Below are positions 9,479 to 19,231 of a DNA stretch of 64,000 nt, one piece after another. Under the pieces are notes generated by a model, which saw only the letters and a program-made list of their open reading frames with translations, did not search any database and had not been told where the DNA came from. Position numbers and translations under genes: made by a program. The stretch comes from an uncultured Acidobacteriota bacterium. Its GTDB lineage: Bacteria; Acidobacteriota; UBA4820; DSQY01. Location: assembly GCA_963772255.1 (NCBI GenBank), contig CAVYWK010000024.1:340992-404991 (forward strand), read 5' to 3'. Position 1 is the first letter of the stretch; the number at the start of each line of letters is the position of its first letter.

Positions 9479-9577
9479 GGGAGCAGGGAGCCGGAAGCAG
9501 GGAGCGGGAGAAGCAGCACATTGGTTCGTTGGTTCTTTCCCTACTCACTTACTCTCTTACTCACCTCCTCACTTTAC
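9479..9577. repeat. GGGAGC-type array (9479-9517) plus CTACTCAC-type array (9539-9577)
   Basis: Read directly. The two arms belong to different unit families, so they are not complementary. Confidence 0.75.
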
Positions 9578-9607
9578 TGCGTCTCGCGCCTCGCGTCTCG
9601 CGTCCCG

Positions 9608-10264
9608 CTACATCTGTCCTTCATGTCGAATGTTGGTGCCTTCGGCCACGAAGACCACATCCTCGGCCAGATTGGTGCACAGGTCGGCGATGCGCTCGAA
9701 TTCCTTGGCCGCGAACACCATGGCCACGGCGCATTCCCGTTCGGCCCGGTCGCGCCATGTCCCGGAAAGGACGGCCTCCACGATGTGGAGGAAGAGCCCG
9801 TCCGCCAGGTCATCCCGCTCGACCACGCTTCGTGCCAGGGCTGCATCGCGGGCCACGAACGCGTTGATGGCGTCCCCGAGCATGCCCAGCGTGAGTTCGA
9901 TCATGCGGTCGAATTCGTCCTTGAGGACGGGGATGGGGGAGGCTTGCATTTCCACGGACCGCTCGGCGATGTTGAGGGCGTGGTCCCCGATGCGCTCCAG
10001 GTCGTTGTTGATCTTGAGGGCCATGAACACCGTCCTCAGATCGTCGGCGGCGGGCTGGTAGAGGGCGAGGATCCTCAGGCACTTGGCGTCGTTCGCGTTT
10101 TCGAGTCGGTCGATCTCGGTATCCTTGTCGTGGAGGACGCTCAGCACCCCAGAATCCCGGGCCATGAAGGCCGCGGACGCCGCTCTGAGGAAACCGCCCA
10201 CTTCGTCGGCCATGGCGACGATGCTCGCGATCATGGCCCTGATTTCCTCTCGTTCTCTGCTCAT
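9608..10264 (-). CDS. phoU: Phosphate signalling complex protein PhoU
   Basis: 218 aa with two PhoU repeats (INNDLERIGDHALNIAE and AKEFERIADLCTNLAEDVVF). Lies downstream of pstSCAB on the same strand. Confidence 0.9.
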   Translation of the reverse strand: MSREREEIRAMIASIVAMADEVGGFLRAASAAFMARDSGVLSVLHDKDTEIDRLENANDAKCLRILALYQPAADDLRTVFMALKINNDLERIGDHALNIAERSVEMQASPIPVLKDEFDRMIELTLGMLGDAINAFVARDAALARSVVERDDLADGLFLHIVEAVLSGTWRDRAERECAVAMVFAAKEFERIADLCTNLAEDVVFVAEGTNIRHEGQM

Positions 10265-10283
10265 CTCTTTTACTCCGGTCTAA

Positions 10284-10444
10284 GGTGAGGAGGTGACAGA
10301 GTGATCGGGTGATCAGGTGATCAGGTGATCAAGCCATCCTCCACCTCGCGTTAATCGTGACCAGGGGACTAGGGACTAGGACACTCACAACCAAACCCCG
10401 CGTTCCCATTCATTCCAAATCCGAAATCCGAAATAGATCCTTCC
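10284..10444. repeat. Three short tandem arrays in the phoU-pstB spacer (GTGATCRG x4; GGGACTA x2; AAATCCGA x2)
   Basis: Read directly at 10284-10333, 10364-10382 and 10427-10444. Confidence 0.75.
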
Positions 10445-10461
10445 CTCCTGCCGATACCGTC

Positions 10462-11326
10462 TCATCCGAATCGGCCCGTGAGGTAGTCCCGGGTTCGAGT
10501 CTGCTTGGGCGTCGTGAACAGTTTTTCGGTCTCTCCGAATTCCACGAGCTCGCCCAGGTAGAGGAAGGCAGTGTACCCTGCAACGCGGGCGGCCTGCTGC
10601 ATGTTGTGGGTCACGATGACGATGGTGTAACGCTCCTTCAGTTCCTCCACCAACTCTTCGATGCGCGCCGTGGCGATGGGATCGAGGGCTGAGGCGGGCT
10701 CGTCCATGAGGATCACCTCGGGTTCCACGGCGATGGCCCGGGCGATGCACAGCCGCTGCTGTTGGCCGCCCGACAGACTCATGCCGCTGTGCTTGAGCTT
10801 GTCCTTCACCTCGTCCCACAGGGCGGCCCGCCGAAGGGCCTGCTCCACGCGCTCTCGCAACAGCGATTTGGGAACGGCTTCCTGAAGTCCGAGGCCGAAG
10901 GCCACGTTGTCGAAGATGGACATGGGGAAGGGCGTGGGTTTCTGAAAAACCATGCCCACGCGCGCCCGAAGGGCCGCCACGTCTATGTCCTTGTCCAGGA
11001 GATTTTGCCCGTCCAGCAGGATCTCCCCTGTGGCCCGCTGGCCCCGGTAGAGGTCGTACATGCGGTTGAAGCACCGGATGAGCGTGGACTTGCCGCATCC
11101 GGACGGTCCGATGAAGGCCGTGACTTCCTGGGCCACGATGGGCAGTGAGATGTTTTTCAACGCCTGCTGTGACCCGTAGTAGAAGTTCAGGGACCGGACG
11201 GAGATGCGGAGCTCCCTGCCCGATAGGTCGCAGTCCCGCCCGGTCGGAGGACGCGCCCTCGGTGACCTCCAGCCCTGCGGTCGGCGATGCGACGCCGAGG
11301 GGCGGCGGGGGCATGGTGAGGTTCAT
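10462..11326 (-). CDS. pstB: Phosphate ABC transporter ATP-binding protein PstB (frame disrupted near the 5' end)
   Basis: Fragment 10462..11160 has Walker [10 protein letters not shown], signature LSGGQQQR and Walker B ILMDEP. The frame continues upstream through [19 protein letters not shown] with no start codon before an in-frame TGA at 11323-11325. AAGGAG-N6-ATG at 11326 is in the neighbouring frame, implying a 1-nt indel around 11215-11235. Confidence 0.85.
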
Positions 11327-11328
11327 GT

Positions 11329-12222
11329 TCAACTCCTTCCGATCTGGGTTCTGGAGACGATGACCCGCGCCACGACGGTGGTGCAGAGCACTCCCATGGT
11401 GATGAGCAGGGCCGCGGCCCAGGCCTTCGCGCGCCAGTCGTCGTAGGGCGACATGGCGTAATTGAAGAGGGTCACATTGAGAGTCCCCATGGGCTTGGTG
11501 AAATCCGCGCTCCAGTAAGGGTTGTTCAGAGATGTGAAGAGGAGGGGAGCCGTCTCGCCGCTGACCCGGGCGATGGCCAGGAGAATCCCCGTGGTGAGGC
11601 CCCCGAACACCCGGCGGTAACAGACGCGCATCACCACTTTCCAGTAGGGCGCGCCCAGGGCGAGGGCCGCCTCCCTCAGCGAGTTGGGAACCAGCTTAAG
11701 CATCTCTTCCGTGGTCCGGACCACCACAGGAATCATGATGATCGCCAAAGCCACCGCCCCGGCCAGCCCGGAGAACCCGTGAAAGGGTTGGACCAGAACG
11801 GCGTAGACGAAGACGCCCACCACGATGGAGGGTGCGCTCGTCATGACATCCGCGACAAACCTGACGACCCTTCCCAGAGCGCTCTGCCGGCCGAACTCCG
11901 CGAGGTAGGTCCCCGCCATGAGACCCACGGGGACGCCGATGGCGGTGGCCACCAGGGTGATGAGCAGAGTTCCCACGATGGCGTTGGCGAGCCCGCCTCC
12001 GACCATTCCAGGCGGCGTGGGAAGCTGCGTGAAGAAGGCCCAGTTCAGCGCGGGGACGCCGCGCCAGACCAGGGTGCCGAGGATCCAAAAGAGCCAAAAG
12101 AGACCGAAGAGCGCCGATGCGCCCGAGAGGACCAGCATGAGAGCGTTCACCAGCTTGCGGCGGACGAACCGGCCGGTCTGGCCCCGCGCTGGACCCCGCG
12201 ATTGCCCCGGCGTTCGGCTCAT
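11329..12222 (-). CDS. pstA: Phosphate ABC transporter permease PstA
   Basis: 297-aa polytopic ABC permease (…LREAALALGAPYWKVVMRV…ARVSGETAPLLFT) in pst operon context. Confidence 0.9.
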   Translation of the reverse strand: MSRTPGQSRGPARGQTGRFVRRKLVNALMLVLSGASALFGLFWLFWILGTLVWRGVPALNWAFFTQLPTPPGMVGGGLANAIVGTLLITLVATAIGVPVGLMAGTYLAEFGRQSALGRVVRFVADVMTSAPSIVVGVFVYAVLVQPFHGFSGLAGAVALAIIMIPVVVRTTEEMLKLVPNSLREAALALGAPYWKVVMRVCYRRVFGGLTTGILLAIARVSGETAPLLFTSLNNPYWSADFTKPMGTLNVTLFNYAMSPYDDWRAKAWAAALLITMGVLCTTVVARVIVSRTQIGRS

Positions 12223-13193
12223 CGGGCACTCCCCTTCACCTGAGCTTCGATGCGCCAGAGCATGAACTTGGCCAGCGCCAGGATGGTGGTGGTGATCAGG
12301 AAAAGGATGAGCCCCAGCTCGATGAGGCTGGAGGTGTAGATCGGCGTCGTGGCTTCGCTGAACTCGTTGGCGAGCGTGGAGGCGATGGTATTGGACGGGC
12401 TCAGCAGGCTGAAGGAGATCTTGTGGGCGTTTCCGATGACGAAGGTCACGGCCATGGTTTCACCGAGCGCACGCCCCAGGCCCAGGAAAATGGCTCCCAC
12501 GAGCCCCGAGCGCGTATGGGGAATGACCACCCCCCGAATCACCTCCCAGGTGGTCGCGCCCAGGCCATAGGCCGATTCTTTCGACATGGCGGGCACGAGG
12601 CTGAACACATCCCTGGCGACGGATGCGATGAAGGGGATGATCATGATGGCCAGAATGATCCCCGCGGTCATCATGCCGATCCCCATGGGGGGGCCCTGGA
12701 AGAGGGGCAGGCCGCCCAGGTGCTCTTTGAGCCAGGGCTGGACGGTCCTGGACATGATGGGCGCGAAGATGAACAGCCCCCACATGCCGTAGATGATGCT
12801 CGGCACGGCGGCCAGCATTTCGACACCCAGGCCCACGGGCCGTTGTAGCCACGGCGGCGCCATCTCCGTCAGGAAGACGGCGATGCCGATAGAGATGGGC
12901 GTGGCGATGAGGATGGCCAGGAGGGAGGAGAACACGGTTCCGAAAATGGACGGCAGGGCACCGAAATCCTCCTTCACCGGGTCCCACGCCGTGTTCCAGA
13001 GGAACTTGAACCCGAAGGTGCTCACCGCGAGGTGGCCTTTCACATAGAGCACCACGCAGATGCTGGCGATGAGGGCCAGAACCAACAGGGCGAAGAAGGT
13101 CGTGGTGCCCCTGAAGATTCGGTCGGCCGTTTGGGATGGGGATTTGCGGCGAATCCCCGGGCCAGGCACCGGCAGGGGATTGGGCAGACTCAT
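12219..13193 (-). CDS. pstC: Phosphate ABC transporter permease PstC
   Basis: ORF 12219..13760 trimmed to the ATG at 13193, which forms an ATGA overlap with the pstS stop. MSLPNPL... is a polytopic permease (SKESAYGLGATTWEVIRGV...GRALGETMAV). Confidence 0.9.
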   Translation of the reverse strand: MSLPNPLPVPGPGIRRKSPSQTADRIFRGTTTFFALLVLALIASICVVLYVKGHLAVSTFGFKFLWNTAWDPVKEDFGALPSIFGTVFSSLLAILIATPISIGIAVFLTEMAPPWLQRPVGLGVEMLAAVPSIIYGMWGLFIFAPIMSRTVQPWLKEHLGGLPLFQGPPMGIGMMTAGIILAIMIIPFIASVARDVFSLVPAMSKESAYGLGATTWEVIRGVVIPHTRSGLVGAIFLGLGRALGETMAVTFVIGNAHKISFSLLSPSNTIASTLANEFSEATTPIYTSSLIELGLILFLITTTILALAKFMLWRIEAQVKGSAR

Positions 13194-14293
13194 GGCCTGG
13201 CCGCCGCCGCCGCCGGAGGCCAGACCGCCTGGCCGCCACTCTTGACCTTGGCGGCCCAAGCGGCCCGGTTGCGCTGCGCCGCGCCATCGGGAAGAGGCAC
13301 ATAGCCCAGCTCCTCGGCCACACCGTCCCCCTCGCTGAGGCACCAATCCAAGAAGCCCAGCAGGGACTTCGCCTTGGCGGCATCGGGCTGTTCGTTGTAG
13401 ATGAGAATGTAGGAGGCCCCTACGATGGGCCAGGTGGCGGGGCCGGGTAGATCCAGAAGGAAGGTGCCGTCGCCTACCGGGCCGGACCAGTTGGCCTGTT
13501 TCTCTGCCGCCTTGTAGGCCGACGGCGACGGAGCCACGAATCGCCCGTCCCGATTTCTCAGGCGGGCCGTCGCAAGGCCGCTTTGATCCGCGTAGGTAGA
13601 TTCCAGGTACCCGAGTGCGCCCGGGATCGTCTTGATGTAGGAGGCCACGCCCTCGTTGCCCTTGGCCCCGGCTCCCACCGGCCAGCGGACGGATGGCCCC
13701 GCCCCCACCGCTTTTCCCCACGCGGGGAAGGAGCGCGTTAGGTACTGCGTGAAGAGCCACGTGGTACCCGAGCCGTCGGCGCGGTGGACGATCGTGATCG
13801 GCAGGCCTGGAAGCTTGAGCCCCGGGTTGAGGTCCCTGATGGCCCGGTCGTTCCAGTACGTGATTTCTCCCAGGTAGATTCGGGCCAGGATGTCGGCGGT
13901 GAGCTTCAGCTCACCCGAGGGGAGGTCGGGAAGGTTGACCCCGATCACCACCGCTCCCACCACCATGGGAAACTGCAGAAGGCCCTGCGCTTGAAGTTGG
14001 GCTTCCGGCAGGGGATATTCGGACGCGCCGAAGTCCACCGTCCTGACGCGGAGCTGTTCGAGCCCCCCGCCGGAACCGATGGAGATGTAGTTTAGGGTCA
14101 TGCCCGTCTTGATCCGATAGAGGTACGCCCACTTGGCGTATAGCGGGAAGGGGAACGTGGCGCCGCCGCCGTGGATCGACGGGGGCGGTGTCGCCCAAAC
14201 CTCTCCCCAGCAAGCGAGGGTCATCAAGACGATCAAGGCGAGACGACACCGCACGGGCACCCCCTGGCTGAGCACGACCAACTCGACCGCCAT
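13190..14293 (-). CDS. pstS: Phosphate-binding protein PstS
   Basis: 367 aa with a signal-like N-terminus. GGGATFPFPLYAKWA, YISIGSGGG and DGSGTT-type motifs of periplasmic phosphate-binding proteins. The exact start is uncertain. Confidence 0.9.
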   Translation of the reverse strand: MAVELVVLSQGVPVRCRLALIVLMTLACWGEVWATPPPSIHGGGATFPFPLYAKWAYLYRIKTGMTLNYISIGSGGGLEQLRVRTVDFGASEYPLPEAQLQAQGLLQFPMVVGAVVIGVNLPDLPSGELKLTADILARIYLGEITYWNDRAIRDLNPGLKLPGLPITIVHRADGSGTTWLFTQYLTRSFPAWGKAVGAGPSVRWPVGAGAKGNEGVASYIKTIPGALGYLESTYADQSGLATARLRNRDGRFVAPSPSAYKAAEKQANWSGPVGDGTFLLDLPGPATWPIVGASYILIYNEQPDAAKAKSLLGFLDWCLSEGDGVAEELGYVPLPDGAAQRNRAAWAAKVKSGGQAVWPPAAAAARP

Positions 14294-14364
14294 TTTACCC
14301 GAAAAGAGGTTTCAGAAATCCCTCCTACTCGTTGCGGAATCGCAATAGTTGAGACGTCGGCTTC

Positions 14365-14394
14365 TTGACAGCGATGATCGCCACGGGCTATTCT
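14365..14394 (+). promoter_or_regulatory. Putative sigma-70 promoter of tRNA-Leu
   Basis: TTGACA (14365-14370), 18-nt spacer, TATTCT (14389-14394). The tRNA 5' end lies 9 nt downstream. Confidence 0.5.
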
Positions 14395-14402
14395 TAAAGC
14401 TC

Positions 14403-14489
14403 GCCGAAGTGGCGGAATTGGTAGACGCGCTGGGTTCAGGGTCCAGTGATCTCACGGTCGTGGGGGTTCGAGTCCCCCCTTCGGCACCA
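14403..14489 (+). tRNA. tRNA-Leu (anticodon CAG), class II with long variable arm, CCA encoded
   Basis: Hand fold: acceptor GCCGAAG/CTTCGGC, D-arm GGCG..CGC, anticodon stem CTGGG/TCCAG with loop TTCAGGG, long variable arm, T-arm GGGGG-TTCGAGT-CCCCC, discriminator A plus CCA. Confidence 0.9.
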
Positions 14490-14497
14490 CGAAGCGA

Positions 14498-14528
14498 AAA
14501 AGCGGGGAGGCGAGGCCTCCCCGCTTTT
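14498..14528 (+). terminator. Rho-independent terminator after tRNA-Leu
   Basis: gcggggagg-cgagg-cctccccgc followed by TTTT. Confidence 0.8.
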
Positions 14529-14715
14529 GCTTTGCGATCGGGGAGGGGACGAGAAGCCTGGGAAACGCCTTGAAAGGGCCGCGAGGGCGCGCCGAAGAGG
14601 CCAGCGCCCGCAGCGCGCCCATTCTGGCGAGGGTCCCAGGCCGGGTTTGAACCCAGCGCTTGGAACGTAGCGAGCGGACTCCGACGCGAGCGAGGCTCCT
14701 AGCGCTACTTCAAAC

Positions 14716-14740
14716 CGAGTCCCCCCTTCGGCACCACGAA
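14716..14740 (+). repeat. Perfect 25-nt direct repeat of the tRNA-Leu 3' end (copy of 14469-14493), followed by its own hairpin terminator
   Basis: cgagtccccccttcggcaccacgaa occurs at 14469-14493 and at 14716-14740. The second copy lacks the 5' half of the T-stem. cggagagggg-cacc-cctctccg + tttt follows it. Confidence 0.85.
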
Positions 14741-14970
14741 CAAGCGGCGGAGAGGGGCACCCCTCTCCGTTTTGCATTTGGCTGATCTCGAAGGCAGGGG
14801 GACGAGAAGGGCGGGAGACGCCATAGAGGAAGACGGCGTCCCGCCGCGACGGGCGCAGAAGCCTGACAGAGCACATGGCTCTATTTCCCCATCTCTCGAT
14901 CACCCGTGATGAATCTCTCTCCGATCCTCCACCATTGCCCCCGCGCTTGCCCCCGGTCTATTCTTACGGC

Positions 14971-15960
14971 ATGTCGGCCCTGCTGGAGGTCCAGGATCTT
15001 CGGGTGGAGTTTCCCTCGGCGGCGGGGCCGGTGCCCGTCGTGGAGGGGGCGTCCTTCACGGTGGCGGCGGGCGAGCCCGTGGCGCTGGTGGGGGAGTCGG
15101 GTTCCGGCAAGACCCTCTCGGCCCTGGCCCTCCTGAATCTGATCCCTCCGCCGGGACGCATCGCGGGGGGACGGGTCCTCTTTAAGGGCCGCGATGTCCT
15201 GGGTTTCTCGCCCGCCATGCTTCAGGCGTTTCGGGGCAAGGAAGCGGCCATGGTGTTCCAGGAGCCGCTCTCCGCTCTCAACCCCGTGATGACCATTGGC
15301 AAGCAGGTCACCGAAGCGGTGTCGGCGCACGAGAGCGTTTCCAAACAAGCGGCTTTGGCCCGTGCCGAGCATCTCCTGCGGCGGGTTCGGATGACGGACC
15401 CCAAGCGGATTCTCCGCGCCTACCCCCACCAGTTGAGCGGGGGGATGCGGCAGCGCGCCATGATCGCCATGGCCCTGGCGAGCGGGCCGGCCCTGCTCAT
15501 CGCCGACGAGCCCACGACGGCCCTCGACGTGACGGTGCAGGCCCAGGTGCTCGACCTCTTGAACGAACTGAGGGAGAGCGAGGGGATGGCGCTGCTCTTG
15601 ATCACCCACGACCTCGGCGTGGTCGCCCGCGCCGCGGCGCGCGTCTACGTGATGTACGCGGGCAGGATCGTGGAGGAAGCCACCGTCCGGCACCTCTTCG
15701 AAGCGCCGGCTCACCCCTACACGCGGGGCCTCCTGCAGTCTTTGCCGCGCATGGGCCATCGCGAGCGCCGCCTCCGGGCCATTCCGGGCGCCGTGGCTCC
15801 TCCGGGCTCGTTCCACGGGGCGTGCGCTTTCGCTCCGCGGTGCGACCGTGTCGAGGAAGCCTGCAGGAACTCCGTGCCCGCCCTACTCCAGCCGTTCCCG
15901 GAGCGGGCCGTGCGATGCCTCTTCCCGCTTGACCCTCCCCAAGAGAAGGCCGCGCCTTGA
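14971..15960 (+). CDS. Oligopeptide/dipeptide ABC transporter ATP-binding protein (OppD/DppD-like)
   Basis: ORF 14875..15960 trimmed to the ATG at 14971 ([14 protein letters not shown]). Walker A GESGSGKT, signature LSGGMRQR, Walker [13 protein letters not shown], and a C-terminal oligopeptide-ABC Cys-rich tail. Confidence 0.85.
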   Translation: MSALLEVQDLRVEFPSAAGPVPVVEGASFTVAAGEPVALVGESGSGKTLSALALLNLIPPPGRIAGGRVLFKGRDVLGFSPAMLQAFRGKEAAMVFQEPLSALNPVMTIGKQVTEAVSAHESVSKQAALARAEHLLRRVRMTDPKRILRAYPHQLSGGMRQRAMIAMALASGPALLIADEPTTALDVTVQAQVLDLLNELRESEGMALLLITHDLGVVARAAARVYVMYAGRIVEEATVRHLFEAPAHPYTRGLLQSLPRMGHRERRLRAIPGAVAPPGSFHGACAFAPRCDRVEEACRNSVPALLQPFPERAVRCLFPLDPPQEKAAP

Positions 15961-16934
15961 CAGGCCCCGCTCCCTCCCTCGTTGACGCCTGCGGGCTGAA
16001 CCTCCGGTTTCCCGTGCGCAGAGGGTTTTGGGGGCGCGCCAAGGCGTTCGTGCATGCCGTGGACGGCGTCAGCTTTTCCATAACCCGCGGCGAGACCCTG
16101 GGCCTGGTGGGAGAGACGGGTTCGGGTAAGAGCACGGTGGGGCGTATCCTGGTGCGCCTTCAGGAGCCCGATGCGGGACGCGTGCTCTTCGGCGGCGAGG
16201 ACCTTCTGGCCCTCAAGGGTCGGGCCCTCCGGGAGAAGCGCCGGGAGTTTCAAATCGTATTTCAGGATCCCATGGGGAGCCTGAATCCGCGGATGAGGGT
16301 CGGCGACATCGTGGCGGAGCCCCTCCTGATCCACCGGCTCGGAGATCGAAAAGAGCGCCGCGCGCGGGCAGAATCACTCCTGGCTCGCGTGGGGCTCGAC
16401 GGCTCGTCCCTGGACAAATTTCCTCATGAGTTTTCGGGAGGCCAGCGTCAGCGCGTGGGCATCGCCCGGGCCCTGGCCCTGGATCCCAAGTTCATCGTGC
16501 TCGACGAACCCGTCTCCGCCCTGGATGTCTCGGTCCAGGCCCAGGTCGTGAACCTCCTCCAGGACCTCCAGGAGGAGCGGGGCCTGACCTACCTTTTCAT
16601 CGCCCACGGACTCCAGGTAGTGGCCCACGTGAGCACCCGGGTGGCGGTCATGTACCTGGGGCGGATCTTGGAAGTCGGCTTGGCGGAAGATCTCTTCCAA
16701 AGGCCGCTCCATCCCTACACGCGCGCCCTTCTTGCGGCCGTTCCCAAACCCGTCCCGAACCGCGCCGCCCCGCCTCCCCTCCTGGGCGAACTCGGCTCGG
16801 CCGTCGATCTCCCGCCCGGCTGCCGCTTCGCACCGCGATGCCCGCTGGTCAAGGAGCGTTGCCTCCACGAGGATCCCGTGCTCCGGGAGTTTGGAGCGGG
16901 CCACCAGGCCGCGTGTCACTTCGCCGAAGGCTGA
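15957..16934 (+). CDS. Oligopeptide/dipeptide ABC transporter ATP-binding protein (OppF/DppF-like)
   Basis: 325 aa with a TTG start overlapping the upstream stop (TTGA). [30 protein letters not shown]-terminal [11 protein letters not shown]. Confidence 0.85.
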   Translation: MTGPAPSLVDACGLNLRFPVRRGFWGRAKAFVHAVDGVSFSITRGETLGLVGETGSGKSTVGRILVRLQEPDAGRVLFGGEDLLALKGRALREKRREFQIVFQDPMGSLNPRMRVGDIVAEPLLIHRLGDRKERRARAESLLARVGLDGSSLDKFPHEFSGGQRQRVGIARALALDPKFIVLDEPVSALDVSVQAQVVNLLQDLQEERGLTYLFIAHGLQVVAHVSTRVAVMYLGRILEVGLAEDLFQRPLHPYTRALLAAVPKPVPNRAAPPPLLGELGSAVDLPPGCRFAPRCPLVKERCLHEDPVLREFGAGHQAACHFAEG

Positions 16935-17015
16935 CCCTCTCTGCAACTTGACCCGTCGCTTCGGATGAGGCAAGGTTGAGGGCGAGGCGTACCCAGCGCC
17001 CGACGGGGAGGGTCC

Positions 17016-18435
17016 ATGGCCAAGGAAAAGCATCCGAAAGGTTTGTACGTCCTCTTTTTCACGGAGATGTGGGAGCGCTTCGGCTTCTACACCATGCTCG
17101 CCATCTTCACGCTTTACCTGGACGAGTATTTTCACTTCGCCCACCCGGGGACCATCTACGGAGCCTTCCTGGCGGTGGTCTACTTCACGCCCATAGGCGG
17201 CGGCCTGGTGGCGGACCGGGTGCTGGGATTCAGGAAGACCATCATGGTCGGGGCCATCCTGATGGCCGTGGGCTACGGCCTCATGTCCGTGAAGCCTCCC
17301 GGAGAAGCCGCAGGCGGAGCAGCAGGTCGTGGCCGCGGAGCAGCAACTCGTGCAGGTCCGCGCCCAGTGGGAGGAACGCTCATCGGCAGCCCAGGCCGCC
17401 GGACAGCGCTTCGAGGAGCCGCAGCCTCGCTACGAAGGCCCGGGCAGGACGACCGGGCGGCCCCTGTTCTTTCTCGCCCTGATCCTCCTGGTTCTGGGCA
17501 ACGGCATGTTCAAGCCCAACATCTCCGTCATGGTGGGCAACCTCTACGAGGAGGGAAGCGGCCTCAAGGACTCGGCCTTCAACATCTTCTACATGGGCAT
17601 CAACATCGGGGCGTTTTTCGCGCCCCTCGTGGCGGCGGCGCTCCGGAACACGCTGGGGTGGGGCTGGGCCTTCGGCGCGGCGGGCGTGGGCATGTTGATC
17701 TCGCTCGGGATTTTCCAGGGGTTCAAACGCTTCGTGGAGCACGCGGAGATCAGCGGGCATGCAGATTCCGTGGTGAAGGCCGCCGAACTCTCCAAAAAGC
17801 AGGAGTGGAACCGCATCGGGGCGCTGCTGGTCATCTACGCCATCGTCATCATGTTCTGGATGTCGTTCCACCAAAACGGCTTCACGCTCACCCTATGGGC
17901 ACGGGATTCGACGGGGCCTCTCTTCGGAAGGTGGCAGATCCCCGCGGAAACCTTCTCCGCCGCCAATCCCTTTTTCGTCGTGACGCTCACGCCCCTCATC
18001 GTGCTGTTCTGGGGGTTCATGAGAAAGAGGGGCCTGGAGCCGAGCACCCCCGGAAAGATCGGCATCGGCATGCTCCTCACCGCGACGGCCTTCGCCATCA
18101 TGGCCGTGGCGGGGAAAATGGGAGGAGATTTCGGCCGCGTGTCGCCGGTCTGGCTCATCGCGTCCTATGCCGTGGTCACCTGCGGCGAACTGTGCCTGAG
18201 CCCCATGGGGCTGAGCTTCTGCTCCAAGGTGGCCCCGCCGCGTTTCCGAGGTCTGATGATGGGGCTCTGGTTCGGCGCCACGGCCTGCGGCAACTACCTT
18301 TCGGGTGCCGTGGAGCCCCTGTGGGACAAATGGCCCCACAGCGCGTTTTTCGCCTTCCTCGTGGCATGTTGCCTCTTCGCAGCGCTGCTGCTACGTCTGG
18401 TCCTGAACCGCGTGAATGCAGCGGTGACGAGCTAA
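17016..18435 (+). CDS. POT/PTR2-family di-/tripeptide:proton symporter (frame disrupted near 17295)
   Basis: Fragment 1 (17016..) has ERFGFYTM and the GGGLVADRVLGFRKTI signature. Fragment 2 (17329..18435, open from 17293) has LGNGMFKPNISVMVGNLY. The switch is +1, near the run cctcccgg. Confidence 0.85.
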
Positions 18436-18441
18436 GAAGCC

Positions 18442-18539
18442 GGGAGATGGGAGCGGGGAGCGGGGAGCGGGGAGCAGGGAGAACCAGTGCATCGACCGTG
18501 CTTTTCCCAGTCCCCTAGTCCCCTAGTCCCCTAGTCACC
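18442..18539. repeat. GGGAGCG 7-mer array (18442-18481) plus CCCCTAGT 8-mer array (18506-18539)
   Basis: gggagatgggagcggggagcggggagcggggagcagggag ... cccagtcccctagtcccctagtcccctagtcacc. Confidence 0.8.
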
Positions 18540-18564
18540 TAACGATCCTGTCCATGAAACGCAC

Positions 18565-18590
18565 GAGAGGCGGGCCGCGGCCCGCCTCTC
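18565..18590. terminator. Bidirectional terminator hairpin between convergent genes
   Basis: gagaggcgggc-cgcg-gcccgcctctc, a perfect palindromic stem. Confidence 0.7.
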
Positions 18591-18614
18591 GGTGTCTTCC
18601 CACATAAGGCCAAA

Positions 18615-18986
18615 CTAATCGCTAAAGGCCAGATACCCCGGAATGATCAGGTTGGCGATGGGCACGATCATGAGGATGCCCAGCCAGGAGGGTTTGCCCC
18701 GGCGCTCCGCGATGGCCATCCAGAGGATGATCGCGAAGACGATGCTCAGGATGGGGATGAACAGGAGCAAGATCCACCACCACTCCTTCCCGGCGCACTG
18801 GACGACGATCCAGAGGTTCACCAATGGAATCCACGCCAGCCAAGCGTTTTCGACGCCGAGCTTCTGAGCGATCTTCATGATGCAGAAGCTCATGTAGACA
18901 TACCCGATGAGCGCGAGGCAACAAATGAACCCGTACATCCCCGCCATCAATCCCATCAAAGCTTTCGGATCACCACCACCGTCCAT
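18615..18986 (-). CDS. DUF5684-like small membrane protein
   Basis: 123 aa. IAQKLGVENAWLAWIPLVNLWIVVQCAGKEWWWILLLFIPILSIVFAIILWMAIAERRGKP matches my recollection of the DUF5684 core. Confidence 0.55.
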   Translation of the reverse strand: MDGGGDPKALMGLMAGMYGFICCLALIGYVYMSFCIMKIAQKLGVENAWLAWIPLVNLWIVVQCAGKEWWWILLLFIPILSIVFAIILWMAIAERRGKPSWLGILMIVPIANLIIPGYLAFSD

Positions 18987-19231
18987 GAGCCGCCTCCTCC
19001 CCGTTCGCTGGCCCGCGCGGGCCGGGCGCCCGCTGTGGCGAAATTTGGACTAAGGATTGCTCCGGAAATCCGTGAAGTCAAGGTGGGGGGCGCGTCCCCC
19101 AGGGACGATGGAATTCCCGAGCAGGTCTCCTTCGCGATACAGGGGCATAGCCAGAGAATCGGATTGGCGGATTGACAGGGCCGCGTGCCTCCCCATAACC
19201 TGGGAGGCAACGAGGATCGGGGGAGGCGCCC

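Noticed and set aside
14591-14740. A second, possibly intron-containing, tRNA-Leu suggested by gccgaag at 14591 and the duplicated 3' acceptor end at 14716-14740.
   Set aside because: I could not fold D, anticodon or T arms. The 5' half of the T-stem is missing (cttcaaaccgagtcccccc). A minus-strand GGGTTCAAACCC motif at ~14655 has a 6-nt loop and no matching acceptor stem.
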